Assembly: GCA_965219345.1 (NCBI GenBank)
Contig: OZ244732.1
Span: forward strand, 1,280,001-1,344,000
From: Nitrosopumilus sp.
GTDB taxonomy: Archaea > Thermoproteota > Nitrososphaeria > Nitrososphaerales > Nitrosopumilaceae
DNA length: 64,000 nucleotides
Direction: 5' to 3'
The notes under the pieces: generated by a model
The model's input: the letters and a program-made list of their open reading frames with translations, nothing else
The model's database searches: none
Told to the model about the DNA's origin: nothing
Part shown: positions 10,576-20,988 of the stretch, piece after piece
How positions within the stretch are numbered: the stretch's first letter is position 1
Layout of the letters: every line of letters starts with the position of its first letter
Position numbers and translations under genes: made by a program

Positions 10576-10896
10576 TTGAAACTTGAATTTGATTTAAACA
10601 CATATCTTGAAAAAATCAAAAAAAGCAGTTCTTATTTTCAGACTTTTATCAACAAGGATAGTTTAGCTGCTGGTGTTTTGGTTCTTCAACCTGGAGAAAA
10701 AGATACACAAGTACCTCATGACAGTGATGAGGTATATTATGTAATTTCAGGAGATGGTTTTTTGAACATTAAAGATAAAGATTACAAAGTTTCAAAAGAC
10801 AAACTATTCTTTGTAGCAAAAGATGTTGAGCATTATTTTCATGGAAACAAAAAAGAACTCAAAGTTTTATACTTTTTTGGCGGGCCGGATACTTAA
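10576..10896 (+). CDS. Cupin domain protein
   Basis: PHDSDEVYYV...EHYF cupin motifs. Confidence 0.85.
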   Translation: MKLEFDLNTYLEKIKKSSSYFQTFINKDSLAAGVLVLQPGEKDTQVPHDSDEVYYVISGDGFLNIKDKDYKVSKDKLFFVAKDVEHYFHGNKKELKVLYFFGGPDT

Positions 10897-11510
10897 CTGA
10901 TAATGGTTCTTCTTCCAGACACTTTGATCTTTTTTCTGGCAAACAAATTAACTGCTTCAGGATAAATTTCGTGTTCTTCTTTTAGAATTCTTTTTGATAG
11001 TGATTCTGCGGTATCATTTTCTTTTACTTTGACTACTGCCTGAATAATTATTGGACCTCTGTCCATTCCTGTATCTACAAAATGAACTGTACATCCTGAG
11101 TATTTTGCACCATGATCTAATGCTCGTTTCTGTGAATCTAATCCTGGAAATGCTGGAAGTAATGCTGGATGAATATTGATCATTTTGTTTTTGTATTTTT
11201 TTACAAACTGTGGACTGATAATTCTCATAAATCCTGCAAGACACACAAGGCCATTTCTAGGTGTAACTCCATGTTTTGTTAGAGCAGCAATCACCTTTTT
11301 GTCGTATTGTGCCCTAGTCCCTTTGAATCCCTTACTCTCAATTACTTCTACGGTTATTCCTAATTTTTTAGCTGTCTTCAGTCCCTTTGCATTAGACTTG
11401 TTTGAAATTACTACTGCAGGATTAATTGGGATCTTTTTTTTCTTAATTGACTTTAGAATAGACTCCATGTTGCTTCCACGACCTGAGATTAAAATTCCTA
11501 GATTTAGCAA
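10893..11510 (-). CDS. purN: Phosphoribosylglycinamide formyltransferase
   Basis: SGRGSN, NIHPALLP, GCTVHFV. Confidence 0.97.
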   Translation of the reverse strand: MLNLGILISGRGSNMESILKSIKKKKIPINPAVVISNKSNAKGLKTAKKLGITVEVIESKGFKGTRAQYDKKVIAALTKHGVTPRNGLVCLAGFMRIISPQFVKKYKNKMINIHPALLPAFPGLDSQKRALDHGAKYSGCTVHFVDTGMDRGPIIIQAVVKVKENDTAESLSKRILKEEHEIYPEAVNLFARKKIKVSGRRTIIS

Positions 11511-11568
11511 CTAGTCAATACTAGATCAAACCTGTAATTTATATCAAATCTAATCACCCTGATTTTCG

Positions 11569-12549
11569 TTGCTAAAACAAGTCAGGATGACAAAAAATGG
11601 AATTCTGTGTGAAATTAATGATAAACGCGTTTACTTGGATCCAAAAAACACTGATGCCACAGGAATCAATTTTGTGTCTCATGCTCATTCTGATCATCTC
11701 CCTTCAAAAAATGGTGGAACCATTTTGTCCTCACTTGAGACAAATGAAATAGCTAATCTTCGTGGGTTTAAAATGGAAAATCATGTTGATTCTCTTGATG
11801 ATTTTTCTCTAATTGACAGTGGTCATATACTTGGTGCAAAAGGATTGCTCTTTGATGATATCTTTTACACTGGAGATATCTGTACTAGGAATCGTGGATT
11901 TCTATCTGGAGCCAAAGTGCCAAAATGTAAAACTCTGATTACTGAATGCACATTTGGTCTACCTGAATTTGTTTTTCCTAGCATGGATGAAATACAAAAA
12001 CAAGTTAATAAATTAATTTCTGAACTATATGCAAAAGGCATTCCTGTAATTTTAATGGGATATCAATTAGGCAAAGCACAAACCATTACGCAACTCTTTG
12101 GTCACTGGAATCCACTTTACTTTCATGATTCAGTATATGAGATGAATTCTCTTCATCAAAAATTAGGGGTTCCACTCAAAGATGGAATGAGTCATTCTGA
12201 GGCTGAAAAAAATGGGTTACTAGAGAAAAAACCTTGGGTAATGGTTGCACCATTAATGTCTGCTAAAAATAAATTCATTCAAGATATGAAATCAAAATAT
12301 GGTGCAGTAACAATAGGATTTAGTGGATGGGCACAATCTACAAGATTTCCTTTTGGACGTAGAACTGATTATTCTATTCCAATGAGTGATCACTGTGACT
12401 TTAATGAACTCGTAGATATGGTAGTGCAATCAGGTGCACAACAAGTTTACACTATACATGGTTTTGTTGAAGAGTTTGCAGAACACCTAAAAAAAATAGG
12501 GATCACTGCACAACCACTAGTAGAAAATTCTTTAGATGATTTTACTTAG
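11569..12549 (+). CDS. MBL-fold/beta-CASP nuclease
   Basis: SHAHSDH, GHILG, YTGD, SDHCD. Confidence 0.85.
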   Translation: MLKQVRMTKNGILCEINDKRVYLDPKNTDATGINFVSHAHSDHLPSKNGGTILSSLETNEIANLRGFKMENHVDSLDDFSLIDSGHILGAKGLLFDDIFYTGDICTRNRGFLSGAKVPKCKTLITECTFGLPEFVFPSMDEIQKQVNKLISELYAKGIPVILMGYQLGKAQTITQLFGHWNPLYFHDSVYEMNSLHQKLGVPLKDGMSHSEAEKNGLLEKKPWVMVAPLMSAKNKFIQDMKSKYGAVTIGFSGWAQSTRFPFGRRTDYSIPMSDHCDFNELVDMVVQSGAQQVYTIHGFVEEFAEHLKKIGITAQPLVENSLDDFT

Positions 12550-12796
12550 TAAATTTAGTGCACTCACAATCTGCAGCTAGACACGTTTCTGAATTTCTAA
12601 TATGATCATGAGAGAAATGTTTACATTTTTCATTTTTACAGATTCTTCTTTGTGATTCTTTTTGTACAACTTTTTGTGCAATCTCATTTGCTTGGTCTTT
12701 CGTGTATCCTTTTTTGTCAATGTAGAAATGAACTATTCTATTGTATAACACATTTGGATTGAATTGTTTTTCTAGCATGGATTTGTCTGGATACAA
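12542..12796 (-). CDS. Hypothetical Cys/His-rich protein
   Basis: 84-aa ORF with a C-terminal Cys/His cluster. Confidence 0.6.
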   Translation of the reverse strand: MYPDKSMLEKQFNPNVLYNRIVHFYIDKKGYTKDQANEIAQKVVQKESQRRICKNEKCKHFSHDHIRNSETCLAADCECTKFTK

Positions 12797-12825
12797 TACG
12801 GCATCATTATATTAAAAGATCATTT

Positions 12826-14115
12826 TCAATTCAAAATCACGCCTATATCCATAAGATTTGTATGAGTAAAATCAGTTACAATGTTTCCTTTTTGTTTTTG
12901 AAAGAATCTACCTGAATCACTGTTTTTGAGAAATTCTTTCATTGTATTCAAATCAACTCTAATATTTTCTGTAATGGCTCCCGCAAAAACAGAATTTCCA
13001 TCTATTCCATCAGTACCCATTGATGAAATGACCATTTTTTTTAATTTTTGAGTATTTTTTAAAATTCTTAACACTAATTCTTGGTTCCTCCCTCCCATTC
13101 CTTTTCCAAGAACTCTAACTGTTGTCTCACCACCAAAAATAAGACATGTTTTTTGCTCCTCTGAAATATTTTCAAGAATTTTTGTTACTGCATCTTTAAT
13201 GTCTCCAAAAACTTGCATTGTAGTAACTTTGTAGCCTTTTTTCCTTGCTTCTTCTTGCATAGCATTCAAACAACCACTGTTATTTGCAATAACATAGTTT
13301 GCAATTCTTGCCTTCTTTGGAGTTTCATTACTTTCTTTTTCTAACCCTTTCTCTAAAGTTTGCAAAACTTCTATAGGCGTTTTTCTTTTTAGTTTATATT
13401 TTTCAATAATGTTTAATGCATCTGCAAATGTTGTACCGTCCATAAATGTAGTTCCTGACGCAATTGATGATAGATCATCTCCTTCCACATCAGACATTAC
13501 CAAACTTATTCCCTGACATTTCATATTTTCTACTAATTTACCTCCCTTGATTTTTGATAGATGTTTTCTAATGCAATTGAATTCTTGAATACTTGCACCC
13601 GATTTTAACAGTAAATTTGTAACAAAGATTTTATCATCAAGTGTTATTTTGTTTGGCATTGCAAGAAGTGATGATCCTCCTCCAGAAACAAGAAAAATAA
13701 TTAATTCATTACTTCGCTTATTTTGTACAAATTTCATTACTTCTTTTGCTGCCTTTACGCTTGTTTGGTCTGGTTTAGGATGCCTAGAATTAAAAATCTG
13801 AAATTTTTTGCCCTTAATTCTTGACTTGGATCCTTTTGGAATTACAACTATTCCACTTTTGATGGGAATTATTGCATTAAGTGCTCTTGTCATGGAATCT
13901 CCAGCTTTCCCAAAAGCTACTGAATAGATGTTGGAATATTTTCCAATATTGAACACATTTTCATCAATCTTGATTTCATTAGGTGTTACAAACTTTGAAA
14001 TGATGTTTTCTGGATTTGCTGCTTGAAGACCTGCTTCTAAAATTTCTAGACAATCCTTTTTCTTATCTGTAATTGCTAAATCTTTGAAATTTTGAATAAT
14101 CATATAGTTTCTCAA
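12826..14115 (-). CDS. Glycerate 2-kinase (MOFRL family)
   Basis: SGGGSSL, GGETTV, GGRNQE, TDGIDG. Confidence 0.9.
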   Translation of the reverse strand: MRNYMIIQNFKDLAITDKKKDCLEILEAGLQAANPENIISKFVTPNEIKIDENVFNIGKYSNIYSVAFGKAGDSMTRALNAIIPIKSGIVVIPKGSKSRIKGKKFQIFNSRHPKPDQTSVKAAKEVMKFVQNKRSNELIIFLVSGGGSSLLAMPNKITLDDKIFVTNLLLKSGASIQEFNCIRKHLSKIKGGKLVENMKCQGISLVMSDVEGDDLSSIASGTTFMDGTTFADALNIIEKYKLKRKTPIEVLQTLEKGLEKESNETPKKARIANYVIANNSGCLNAMQEEARKKGYKVTTMQVFGDIKDAVTKILENISEEQKTCLIFGGETTVRVLGKGMGGRNQELVLRILKNTQKLKKMVISSMGTDGIDGNSVFAGAITENIRVDLNTMKEFLKNSDSGRFFQKQKGNIVTDFTHTNLMDIGVILN

Positions 14116-14155
14116 TAATGTAAGATATAATAATAATCAATGATGCCTTTGATTT

Positions 14156-15100
14156 ATGCACACAATACGCATTCCAAAAGTTATCAACTTTGGAGAAGAT
14201 GCACTTGGTCAAACAGAGTATCCTAAAAATGCCCTAGTTGTCACAACAGTTCCACCAGAACTTTCTGACAAATGGTTAGGAAAAATGGGAATTCAGAATT
14301 ATATGCTGTATGATAAAGTACAACCTGAACCATCAATTGACGATGTCAATACTGTGATTTCACAATTCAAAGACAAAAAACCATCTGTTCTAATTGGATT
14401 AGGTGGTGGAAGTTCAATGGATGTAGTAAAATATGCTGCACAAGATTTTGGAGTAGAAAAGATCTTGATTCCAACTACATTTGGAACTGGAGCTGAAATG
14501 ACAACTTATTGTGTTCTGAAATTTGATGGAAAAAAGAAATTGTTACACGAAGACAGATTCTTAGCTGACATGGCTGTAGTCGATTCATATTTTATGAATG
14601 GCACTCCAGAACAAGTTATCAAAAATTCTGTTTGTGATGCATGTGCTCAAGCTACTGAGGGTTATGATAGCAAACTTGGTAATGACTTGACTAGAACTCT
14701 ATGTAAACAAGCATTTGAGATTCTTTATGATGCAATAATGAATGACAAATCAGAGAACTATCCATACGGTTCAATGTTGTCTGGAATGGGATTTGGAAAT
14801 TGCTCAACAACACTTGGACATGCTTTGTCATATGTATTCTCAAATGAAGGGGTTCCACATGGTTATTCACTATCATCTTGTACTACAATTGCACACAAGC
14901 ATAACAAGTCAATCTTCTATGATAGATTCAAAGAAGCTATGGAAAAACTTGGTTTTGATAAATTAGAACTTAAAGCTGATGTTTCAGAAGCTGCAGATGT
15001 TGTTATGACTGATAAAGGACATTTGGATCCAAACCCAATTCCAATATCAAAAGATGATGTCGTCAAATGTCTTGAGGGTATCAAAGTAGGTAATTTGTAA
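14156..15100 (+). CDS. Iron-containing alcohol dehydrogenase; candidate malonic semialdehyde reductase of the 3HP/4HB cycle
   Basis: GGGSSMD, PTTFGTGAE, GHALSY...PHG. The specific function is inferred from recalled Nitrosopumilus synteny. Confidence 0.8.
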   Translation: MHTIRIPKVINFGEDALGQTEYPKNALVVTTVPPELSDKWLGKMGIQNYMLYDKVQPEPSIDDVNTVISQFKDKKPSVLIGLGGGSSMDVVKYAAQDFGVEKILIPTTFGTGAEMTTYCVLKFDGKKKLLHEDRFLADMAVVDSYFMNGTPEQVIKNSVCDACAQATEGYDSKLGNDLTRTLCKQAFEILYDAIMNDKSENYPYGSMLSGMGFGNCSTTLGHALSYVFSNEGVPHGYSLSSCTTIAHKHNKSIFYDRFKEAMEKLGFDKLELKADVSEAADVVMTDKGHLDPNPIPISKDDVVKCLEGIKVGNL

Positions 15101-15194
15101 AAAATTCAAAAATTTTTTACCTTTTTTCTATTTTCTTGATAAACTGCGAAATTGGTATCTGATTAAACTTATTTATTCTAATAATCTGTCGTAA

Positions 15195-16301
15195 ATGTAC
15201 GTGACTGAAAAAAAGCTAAAATTTGGTATTCAAAACGGATTAAATGTTGCCAGAGCCGGGTATTCTGAAGATCAAATTCTAACTGCTTGTATTCTTGCCG
15301 ATAAAACTGGCTATGATTCTATTTTCTATATGGACCATACCAATGTACCACAATGGAAAAATGCAATAGTTTTGGATCCTTGGGTTATGTTATCTGCAAT
15401 TGCTGCAGTTACACAGAATGTAGAACTAGGAACTTGTGTAACTGATGCAATTAGAAGACATCCATCTAACATTGCACTAGCTGCTATTTCTCTTGATAGA
15501 GTTTCAAAAGGTAGAGCTATACTTGGAATTGGTGCGGGTGAGGCTCAAAATCTAAAAGAATTTTGTATTCCATTTGAAAAACCAGTTACAAAATGGGCAG
15601 AACAAATTAAAACTATTCACAAATTGTATGAATCGACTCCAGATAATGTAGTAAGTTTTGATGGAAAATATTACCAACTTGCAGGTGCATGTTTGCAGGC
15701 ACCTCCAATTAGAAAACCACGTCCACCAACTTACATGGCAGCTGGTGGTAAACGTACACTTGCATTAACAGGAGAACTTGGTGATGGTTGGTTGCCAATT
15801 GGTTACACTCCAGAACTCTTTGAAGATCATGCAGCACAAATTACAAAATCGATGAATGAAAATAACAGAACGCAAGAAGAAAAAGACAATTTCCAATATG
15901 CTCTTGATATTGACGTATACTTTTCTGAAGATGCAGAAGAGTCTTGGGCAAAAATGAAAGAAGCAGTAAAAGTAAGTTTGTTTAAGCCTGAAATACTTAG
16001 AGTTCACGGATTAAAAGAAATTGAAGGATTTGATTTCGTCAAATACTTTACTGAATATTCAATGTCTGATCAAACTTGGATTATAAAGATGAGAGAAGCT
16101 GCAACTAAAATTCCCGATCCTATCGCTCGCTCTTCAACTGCAGTTGGTACTCCAGATGATATAATTCCAGTATTTGAGAGATTCATGAAAGCTGGTGTTG
16201 ATCACTTTGTAATTAGATTCTGGGGTAAGAATTACTTTGGCTCTATTGATAAATTTGCAACCCATGTAATGCCAAAACTCAGAGAATTAGGCAAACAATA
16301 A
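15195..16301 (+). CDS. LLM-class (luciferase-like, probably F420-dependent) oxidoreductase
   Basis: DPWVMLSAIAAVT, GRAILGIGAG, GDGWLP. Confidence 0.9.
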   Translation: MYVTEKKLKFGIQNGLNVARAGYSEDQILTACILADKTGYDSIFYMDHTNVPQWKNAIVLDPWVMLSAIAAVTQNVELGTCVTDAIRRHPSNIALAAISLDRVSKGRAILGIGAGEAQNLKEFCIPFEKPVTKWAEQIKTIHKLYESTPDNVVSFDGKYYQLAGACLQAPPIRKPRPPTYMAAGGKRTLALTGELGDGWLPIGYTPELFEDHAAQITKSMNENNRTQEEKDNFQYALDIDVYFSEDAEESWAKMKEAVKVSLFKPEILRVHGLKEIEGFDFVKYFTEYSMSDQTWIIKMREAATKIPDPIARSSTAVGTPDDIIPVFERFMKAGVDHFVIRFWGKNYFGSIDKFATHVMPKLRELGKQ

Positions 16302-16366
16302 GACATTCCATTTTATAGCATATGATATTTTAGAAGAAAATGCCATAATCTTGGCAAATCTTTAAT

Positions 16367-16786
16367 TTATGACTTGTGTGGTCTTTTGCTTTTGGCTTTT
16401 GTAAATGATTTTGCTCTACGTTTGTTTCGTTGTTTTGCTAATCTTTTTCTTGTACGCTCTGTTGATTTTGTTTCACCCTGAATGACTTTTGTCCTACTTC
16501 CATCTCTTAACATGATTACTTTCCCTTTGAATCTAAATTCCACATCTCTACATTTGACATAATATTTTTTGAGACAAAAAAATATTCTATTATTTGTCCC
16601 GTGCAAATCTTTGATTTCTTTTGATTTTTTTAACTCATTAATTATATTTCGAAGTATGCCTTTGTCAATATCTGTAATCCTATGTAATTCTCTAAACCAG
16701 ATGAATCTAGATTCAGAACCCCATTTTTCTAGAACATCTAAGACTTGTTGCGTAGTCTCTTCTTGTTCTTTGTCTATTTCATACAT
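16367..16786 (-). CDS. Hypothetical basic protein, possible wHTH
   Basis: WFRELHRITDIDKGILRNIINEL HTH-like segment and Lys/Arg-rich tail. Confidence 0.5.
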   Translation of the reverse strand: MYEIDKEQEETTQQVLDVLEKWGSESRFIWFRELHRITDIDKGILRNIINELKKSKEIKDLHGTNNRIFFCLKKYYVKCRDVEFRFKGKVIMLRDGSRTKVIQGETKSTERTRKRLAKQRNKRRAKSFTKAKSKRPHKS

Positions 16787-17111
16787 TGTTTGTCTTGAAA
16801 TATTCCCATATTTTATCAGTTTTCATTAATAAAAAGTTTGGATTAAAAAAGTCAAATTTTAGAATGTTCTTCCTTTTTGATTATTTTTGTAATGATTCAC
16901 TATGAACACTAAATTAAAAAATGAATGTACAGAATTGTCATGTAGAATTTTAGAAATAAAAGCATTGGCAAAAGAACTGGATAAGGAAGATTAGTATTCT
17001 TTTTTGATTTAAACTGTTTTCTTTTAGTCTAGGTATGTTTTTTCATTTGCCTGCTAGAACATTTTACTATTTTACTCTTGATTTATAAAATGATTTTTCA
17101 TAATTCAACTA

Positions 17112-17744
17112 TTGCAATTTGCTGGAATCTTAAAAATTCGTTCATTTGAAAAAATTAAAGAATTTCTTAAAGAAGAACATATTGGCAGAATTTCTAGTAT
17201 TGATAAAAATGGGTTTCCTCAAATAATTCCTATGAATTTTGTTTGTTTGAATGATAATATCTATATGCACTCTCATGTTAGAGGTGAAAAATTAGATAAT
17301 ATTTCTCGTAACGATAAAGTAGGTTTTGAAGTAGATAAAGAACTAGAATTTCTACCATCTTATTTTGAGGATCCTAATGATGCATCTCTGGCAGATACTT
17401 TGTATATCAGTGTTGTAATCAAAGGAATTGGTTCTTTTGTAACTGATAGAAAAGAAAAGACACTTGCTCTCAATGGATTGATGGAAAAATATCAACCCGA
17501 AGGACAGTATGACCCAATTAAATCTGATATGCAAGTTTTAGATAAAGTTACTGTAATCAAAGTAACTTCACAAACAATACATGGAAAATACAAAATTGGT
17601 CAGAACATGAATCTTACAGATAGAATGGATTTAGCACAAAAGATTTTGAAAAGAAATTCTCCATCAGCGAAACAAACTCTGAAAATTATGGGGTTTGAAG
17701 TGACTGATGACGGACTAAGAATGGTTGATGAACCCGTATGGTAG
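17112..17744 (+). CDS. Pyridoxamine 5'-phosphate oxidase-like flavin-binding protein
   Basis: GRISSIDKNGFPQIIPMNF, GEKLDNI, KYKIGQN. Confidence 0.85.
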   Translation: MQFAGILKIRSFEKIKEFLKEEHIGRISSIDKNGFPQIIPMNFVCLNDNIYMHSHVRGEKLDNISRNDKVGFEVDKELEFLPSYFEDPNDASLADTLYISVVIKGIGSFVTDRKEKTLALNGLMEKYQPEGQYDPIKSDMQVLDKVTVIKVTSQTIHGKYKIGQNMNLTDRMDLAQKILKRNSPSAKQTLKIMGFEVTDDGLRMVDEPVW

Positions 17745-17802
17745 CACAGAATGTAATTGTGATTAAAATCAGAAAAAATAAGAAAAAAGGAAAAAGTTTT
17801 GG

Positions 17803-18468
17803 TTAGTTCACTGTAACACTGCCAGTCATCCATGGATGAACCATACAATAGTACTCATAGCTACCTGCCTCTTCAAAGCTAAATGCATATGTTGCATCTG
17901 CCATGACTAGACTGCTATCAAATACTCCTGATGGACCATCAAATGCATTTCCGCCAGTCACTGTATGTGCTGCTGTGTCTACATTCATCCAATGTACTGT
18001 ATCTCCAGCATTAATTGTGACATCTGCTGGTGACCAACATTCGTTAGTTTCTTCACATCCTGGAACTGAAGTTCCTCCTGGAATTTCAATATGGTGTGTT
18101 TGTGGTTCTGCTGTCTCTTCCATCATGACTTCATCTTCCATCATGACTTCATCTTCCATCATGACTTCATCTTCCATCATGACTTCATCTTCCATCATGA
18201 CTTCATCTTCCATCATGACTTCATCTTCCATCATGACTTCATCTTCCATCATGACTTCATCTTCCATCATGACTTCATCTTCCATCATGACTTCATCTTC
18301 CATCATGACTTCATCTTCCATCATGACTTCATCTTCCATCATGACTTCATCTTCCATCATGACTTCATCACCGGCATTTTGTGTTGCGCCCATTGAAGCT
18401 GTAGCTCCTAATGCTACAGCTACAATTGCCATTGTTAATGCAATTGCTGCTTTGTCTATAACTGCCAT
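17803..18468 (-). CDS. Exported blue (type 1) copper protein with a (DEVMME)14 linker
   Basis: N-terminal hydrophobic helix; HTVT and YYCMVHPWM copper ligands. Confidence 0.92.
   Translation of the reverse strand: MAVIDKAAIALTMAIVAVALGATASMGATQNAGDEVMMEDEVMMEDEVMMEDEVMMEDEVMMEDEVMMEDEVMMEDEVMMEDEVMMEDEVMMEDEVMMEDEVMMEDEVMMEDEVMMEETAEPQTHHIEIPGGTSVPGCEETNECWSPADVTINAGDTVHWMNVDTAAHTVTGGNAFDGPSGVFDSSLVMADATYAFSFEEAGSYEYYCMVHPWMTGSVTVN
18118..18369. repeat. Perfect 18-bp tandem repeat x14 (ttccatcatgacttcatc)
   Basis: Counted directly; encodes DEVMME on the minus strand. Confidence 0.97.
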
Positions 18469-18773
18469 AATTGATCTTAAATTTTATGTATGCTAAATAA
18501 ATCTAATTGTCAATATTACGTTCATAATTTCAATTTTAGAAGATTTTCAAGTTAACCGTATATTTTCCTACTTTTTGGTATTAATTCCATTTTCATAAAT
18601 CTTGATTTTTTGATATTTTTCAAATATTTGCAAAAATTTCAAAAATCAATTGAAAATTTTACATGATCGCTCTAATCGAACAATAACTGTTGTCAATGAT
18701 ATTGAACAATTCTTTCTTTTATGAATCTAGTACGTAATACAACTAACATTGTAGACGAGCTGTCATCAAGTAA

Positions 18774-19184
18774 CTAACTGTTTTTGGTCTTAAGCTCCTT
18801 TGCAATGATCTTTTTTTTGGCTAAATTTTTTTCTGTATTAATTATTTCAAATTCGATATTTAATTTTCTCTGTTCTATTAATTTTTTAATGGGCTGTATT
18901 CGCTTTTCTATAAATTCATCTTCAATTTTTAAACTAGATTTAAAATGATCATACATAATTTTTTCATCTAATTTTATTTTGACAGTGTCTTCATTTTTTA
19001 TTATAAAAACTCCAATTCCCCAAAACAAACCAACATGTAATGTGATATACTTTGATTGCAAACTTGTTACTTTATCGTTATAGATTTCTATATGATCTCG
19101 GCTCTGCTCAATAATTGAATCCTCAGTTTGAATAATCTATGAAATCTTTTTTGTATTTCCATATGAATAAAAAACATGATGCAA
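18774..19184 (-). pseudogene. Hypothetical gene with an in-frame TAG at 19137-19139
   Basis: Frame extends upstream of the listed ORF as LHHVFYSYGNTKKIS*IIQTEDSIIEQSRDH. Confidence 0.55.
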
Positions 19185-19260
19185 TTGTCAACCAAAAAGG
19201 GGCCTTTTGTCTATATATTTTGAATACGCTCCTTATGATCATAGATTGAAATGTGTATTC

Positions 19261-19467
19261 ATGCTTGAGTCGCACACATTCTTCTCAAAGATGGTCGATG
19301 AACTAGTAGAATTCTCTGAGTATGATCCGGAATTAGCAGACGGAATAAGATGGCTTGATGATCAGGCACAGAAAAAAGGTATCACATTTTATGATATGGT
19401 TTTTGAAGTGTTGTACAAACATGACGTAAACTCTAAAGCAAAAGAGTGGCTCAGTACAAGAAATTAA
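19261..19467 (+). CDS. Hypothetical protein
   Basis: MLESHTFFSKMVDEL... ORF; ATG at 19261 is the likely start. Confidence 0.65.
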   Translation: MLESHTFFSKMVDELVEFSEYDPELADGIRWLDDQAQKKGITFYDMVFEVLYKHDVNSKAKEWLSTRN

Positions 19468-19470
19468 AAA

Positions 19471-20643
19471 TTATTTTCTCAAGTCTAGTGTTTTATATTC
19501 ACACCCTTCTGGGCCACAATACTTTCCAACATAGGCAGCTTTTGGTCTATAGAGTGCTGGTTTTGGTGCTGCTTCTGCGAATTTTTCTTCAATGATATGA
19601 GCTGCCCATCCTACAACTCTTGAAATTGCAAAGATTGGTGTGTTAAGGTCTACTGGAATTTTTAACATGTAGTAGATTGAAGCGCTATACAAATCTACAT
19701 TGGGATAGATATCTCGATCTTTCTGAGATTTCATCTCAGAAATAGTTGTGGTTTCAATTTTTTCTGTCATATCAAACCATGGTTCTTTGGTTTGTTCTGC
19801 TAGTTTTCTTGACAATTCTTTTAGAACTTGTGCTCGTGGATCATATGTTCTGTAAACTGCATGACCCATTCCCATAATTCTTTCACCTTTACTCATTTTT
19901 TCTTTAATGTATGGTTGAACTTTTCCTATATCTCCAATCTCTAACAACATTTTCATAACTTCCGTATTTGCACCTCCGTGTAATTCACCACTTAATGCTC
20001 CAATTGCAGCACTTGATGCTGAGTACATATGTGCTCTTGTTGATGCAACTTGTCTTGCTGTAAATGTTGATGCATTGAAGGTATGGTCAGCATGAAGAAT
20101 TAAACATACATCAAAGACTTTTTCCACTTCCGGATCTGGTTTTTTACCAGACATCATGTATAGAAAATTTGCAGCATGGCTTAGAGAAGGATCAGGATCT
20201 ACAATTTTTAATCCATTTCTAATTCTTTGCCAACTTGCAATGATAGTGGGGACTTTTGCAATGAGGTTTATTGCTCTATCATAACTAGCCTCTTTAGTTG
20301 CAAATTCTTCATCATAATAACCTGCAAGAGCAGCAACAAATGCCTGAAGCATATCCATGGGGTCTGCATCTTTTCTCCAATTTCCAATGTTCTTCTGCAT
20401 TTGCTTTGGAATTTGTCTTGCGTCAATCAATTTTGCATTAAATTCACTTAGTTGAGCTTTGTTTGGCAGACTATCATGAATCAGCAAATATGCTGTTTCT
20501 TCAAAGTTTGAGTTTTTTGCAAGATCTAAAATATCATATCCTCGATAAATGAGCTTGCCGATTTCTCCTTCAATGTTTGAGATCCTGGTATCTGCAATCT
20601 CAATTCCACGCAAACCAATGTTTTTAGTCTCCATATTGAGCAT
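19471..20643 (-). CDS. gltA: Citrate synthase
   Basis: HADHTFNAST, LHGGAN, GMGHAVY, PNVD. Confidence 0.95.
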   Translation of the reverse strand: MLNMETKNIGLRGIEIADTRISNIEGEIGKLIYRGYDILDLAKNSNFEETAYLLIHDSLPNKAQLSEFNAKLIDARQIPKQMQKNIGNWRKDADPMDMLQAFVAALAGYYDEEFATKEASYDRAINLIAKVPTIIASWQRIRNGLKIVDPDPSLSHAANFLYMMSGKKPDPEVEKVFDVCLILHADHTFNASTFTARQVASTRAHMYSASSAAIGALSGELHGGANTEVMKMLLEIGDIGKVQPYIKEKMSKGERIMGMGHAVYRTYDPRAQVLKELSRKLAEQTKEPWFDMTEKIETTTISEMKSQKDRDIYPNVDLYSASIYYMLKIPVDLNTPIFAISRVVGWAAHIIEEKFAEAAPKPALYRPKAAYVGKYCGPEGCEYKTLDLRK

Positions 20644-20752
20644 ACCGAAAATCTTCTATTATATTTTCGCCAAAATTATGTCTATGAAGTTTAGTAATTA
20701 GTCTAATATGGTAACTTTTGGCCATAAATGAAAATTTCTAATTTAAAATTAA

Positions 20753-20944
20753 ATGACACCCAAAGAGCGTAAACATTTACAAAAATTAGACGACCTGGTA
20801 CTTAACGCATCCCCAAAGGAATTAGCAAAAATTCGAGAAATCGACCATTTAACCCAGATGGAAGGATTGTCATTTTGTGATATCTATATTGATTCCAGTT
20901 CTTTGATTAATCAAAGCATCAAAAAGTCTTTTAGAAAATCTTAG
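20753..20944 (+). CDS. Small hypothetical protein
   Basis: 63-aa ORF with ATG start. Confidence 0.5.
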   Translation: MTPKERKHLQKLDDLVLNASPKELAKIREIDHLTQMEGLSFCDIYIDSSSLINQSIKKSFRKS

Positions 20945-20988
20945 TTTTTCATTCTTCATTTAAATGAGGGACTAATTTTTCAATCGTA

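Noticed and set aside
18118-18369. 18-bp repeat as a CRISPR array; antisense ORFs 17903-18496 and 18091-18396
   Set aside because: There are no spacers. It is a coding tandem repeat and the antisense ORFs are by-products.
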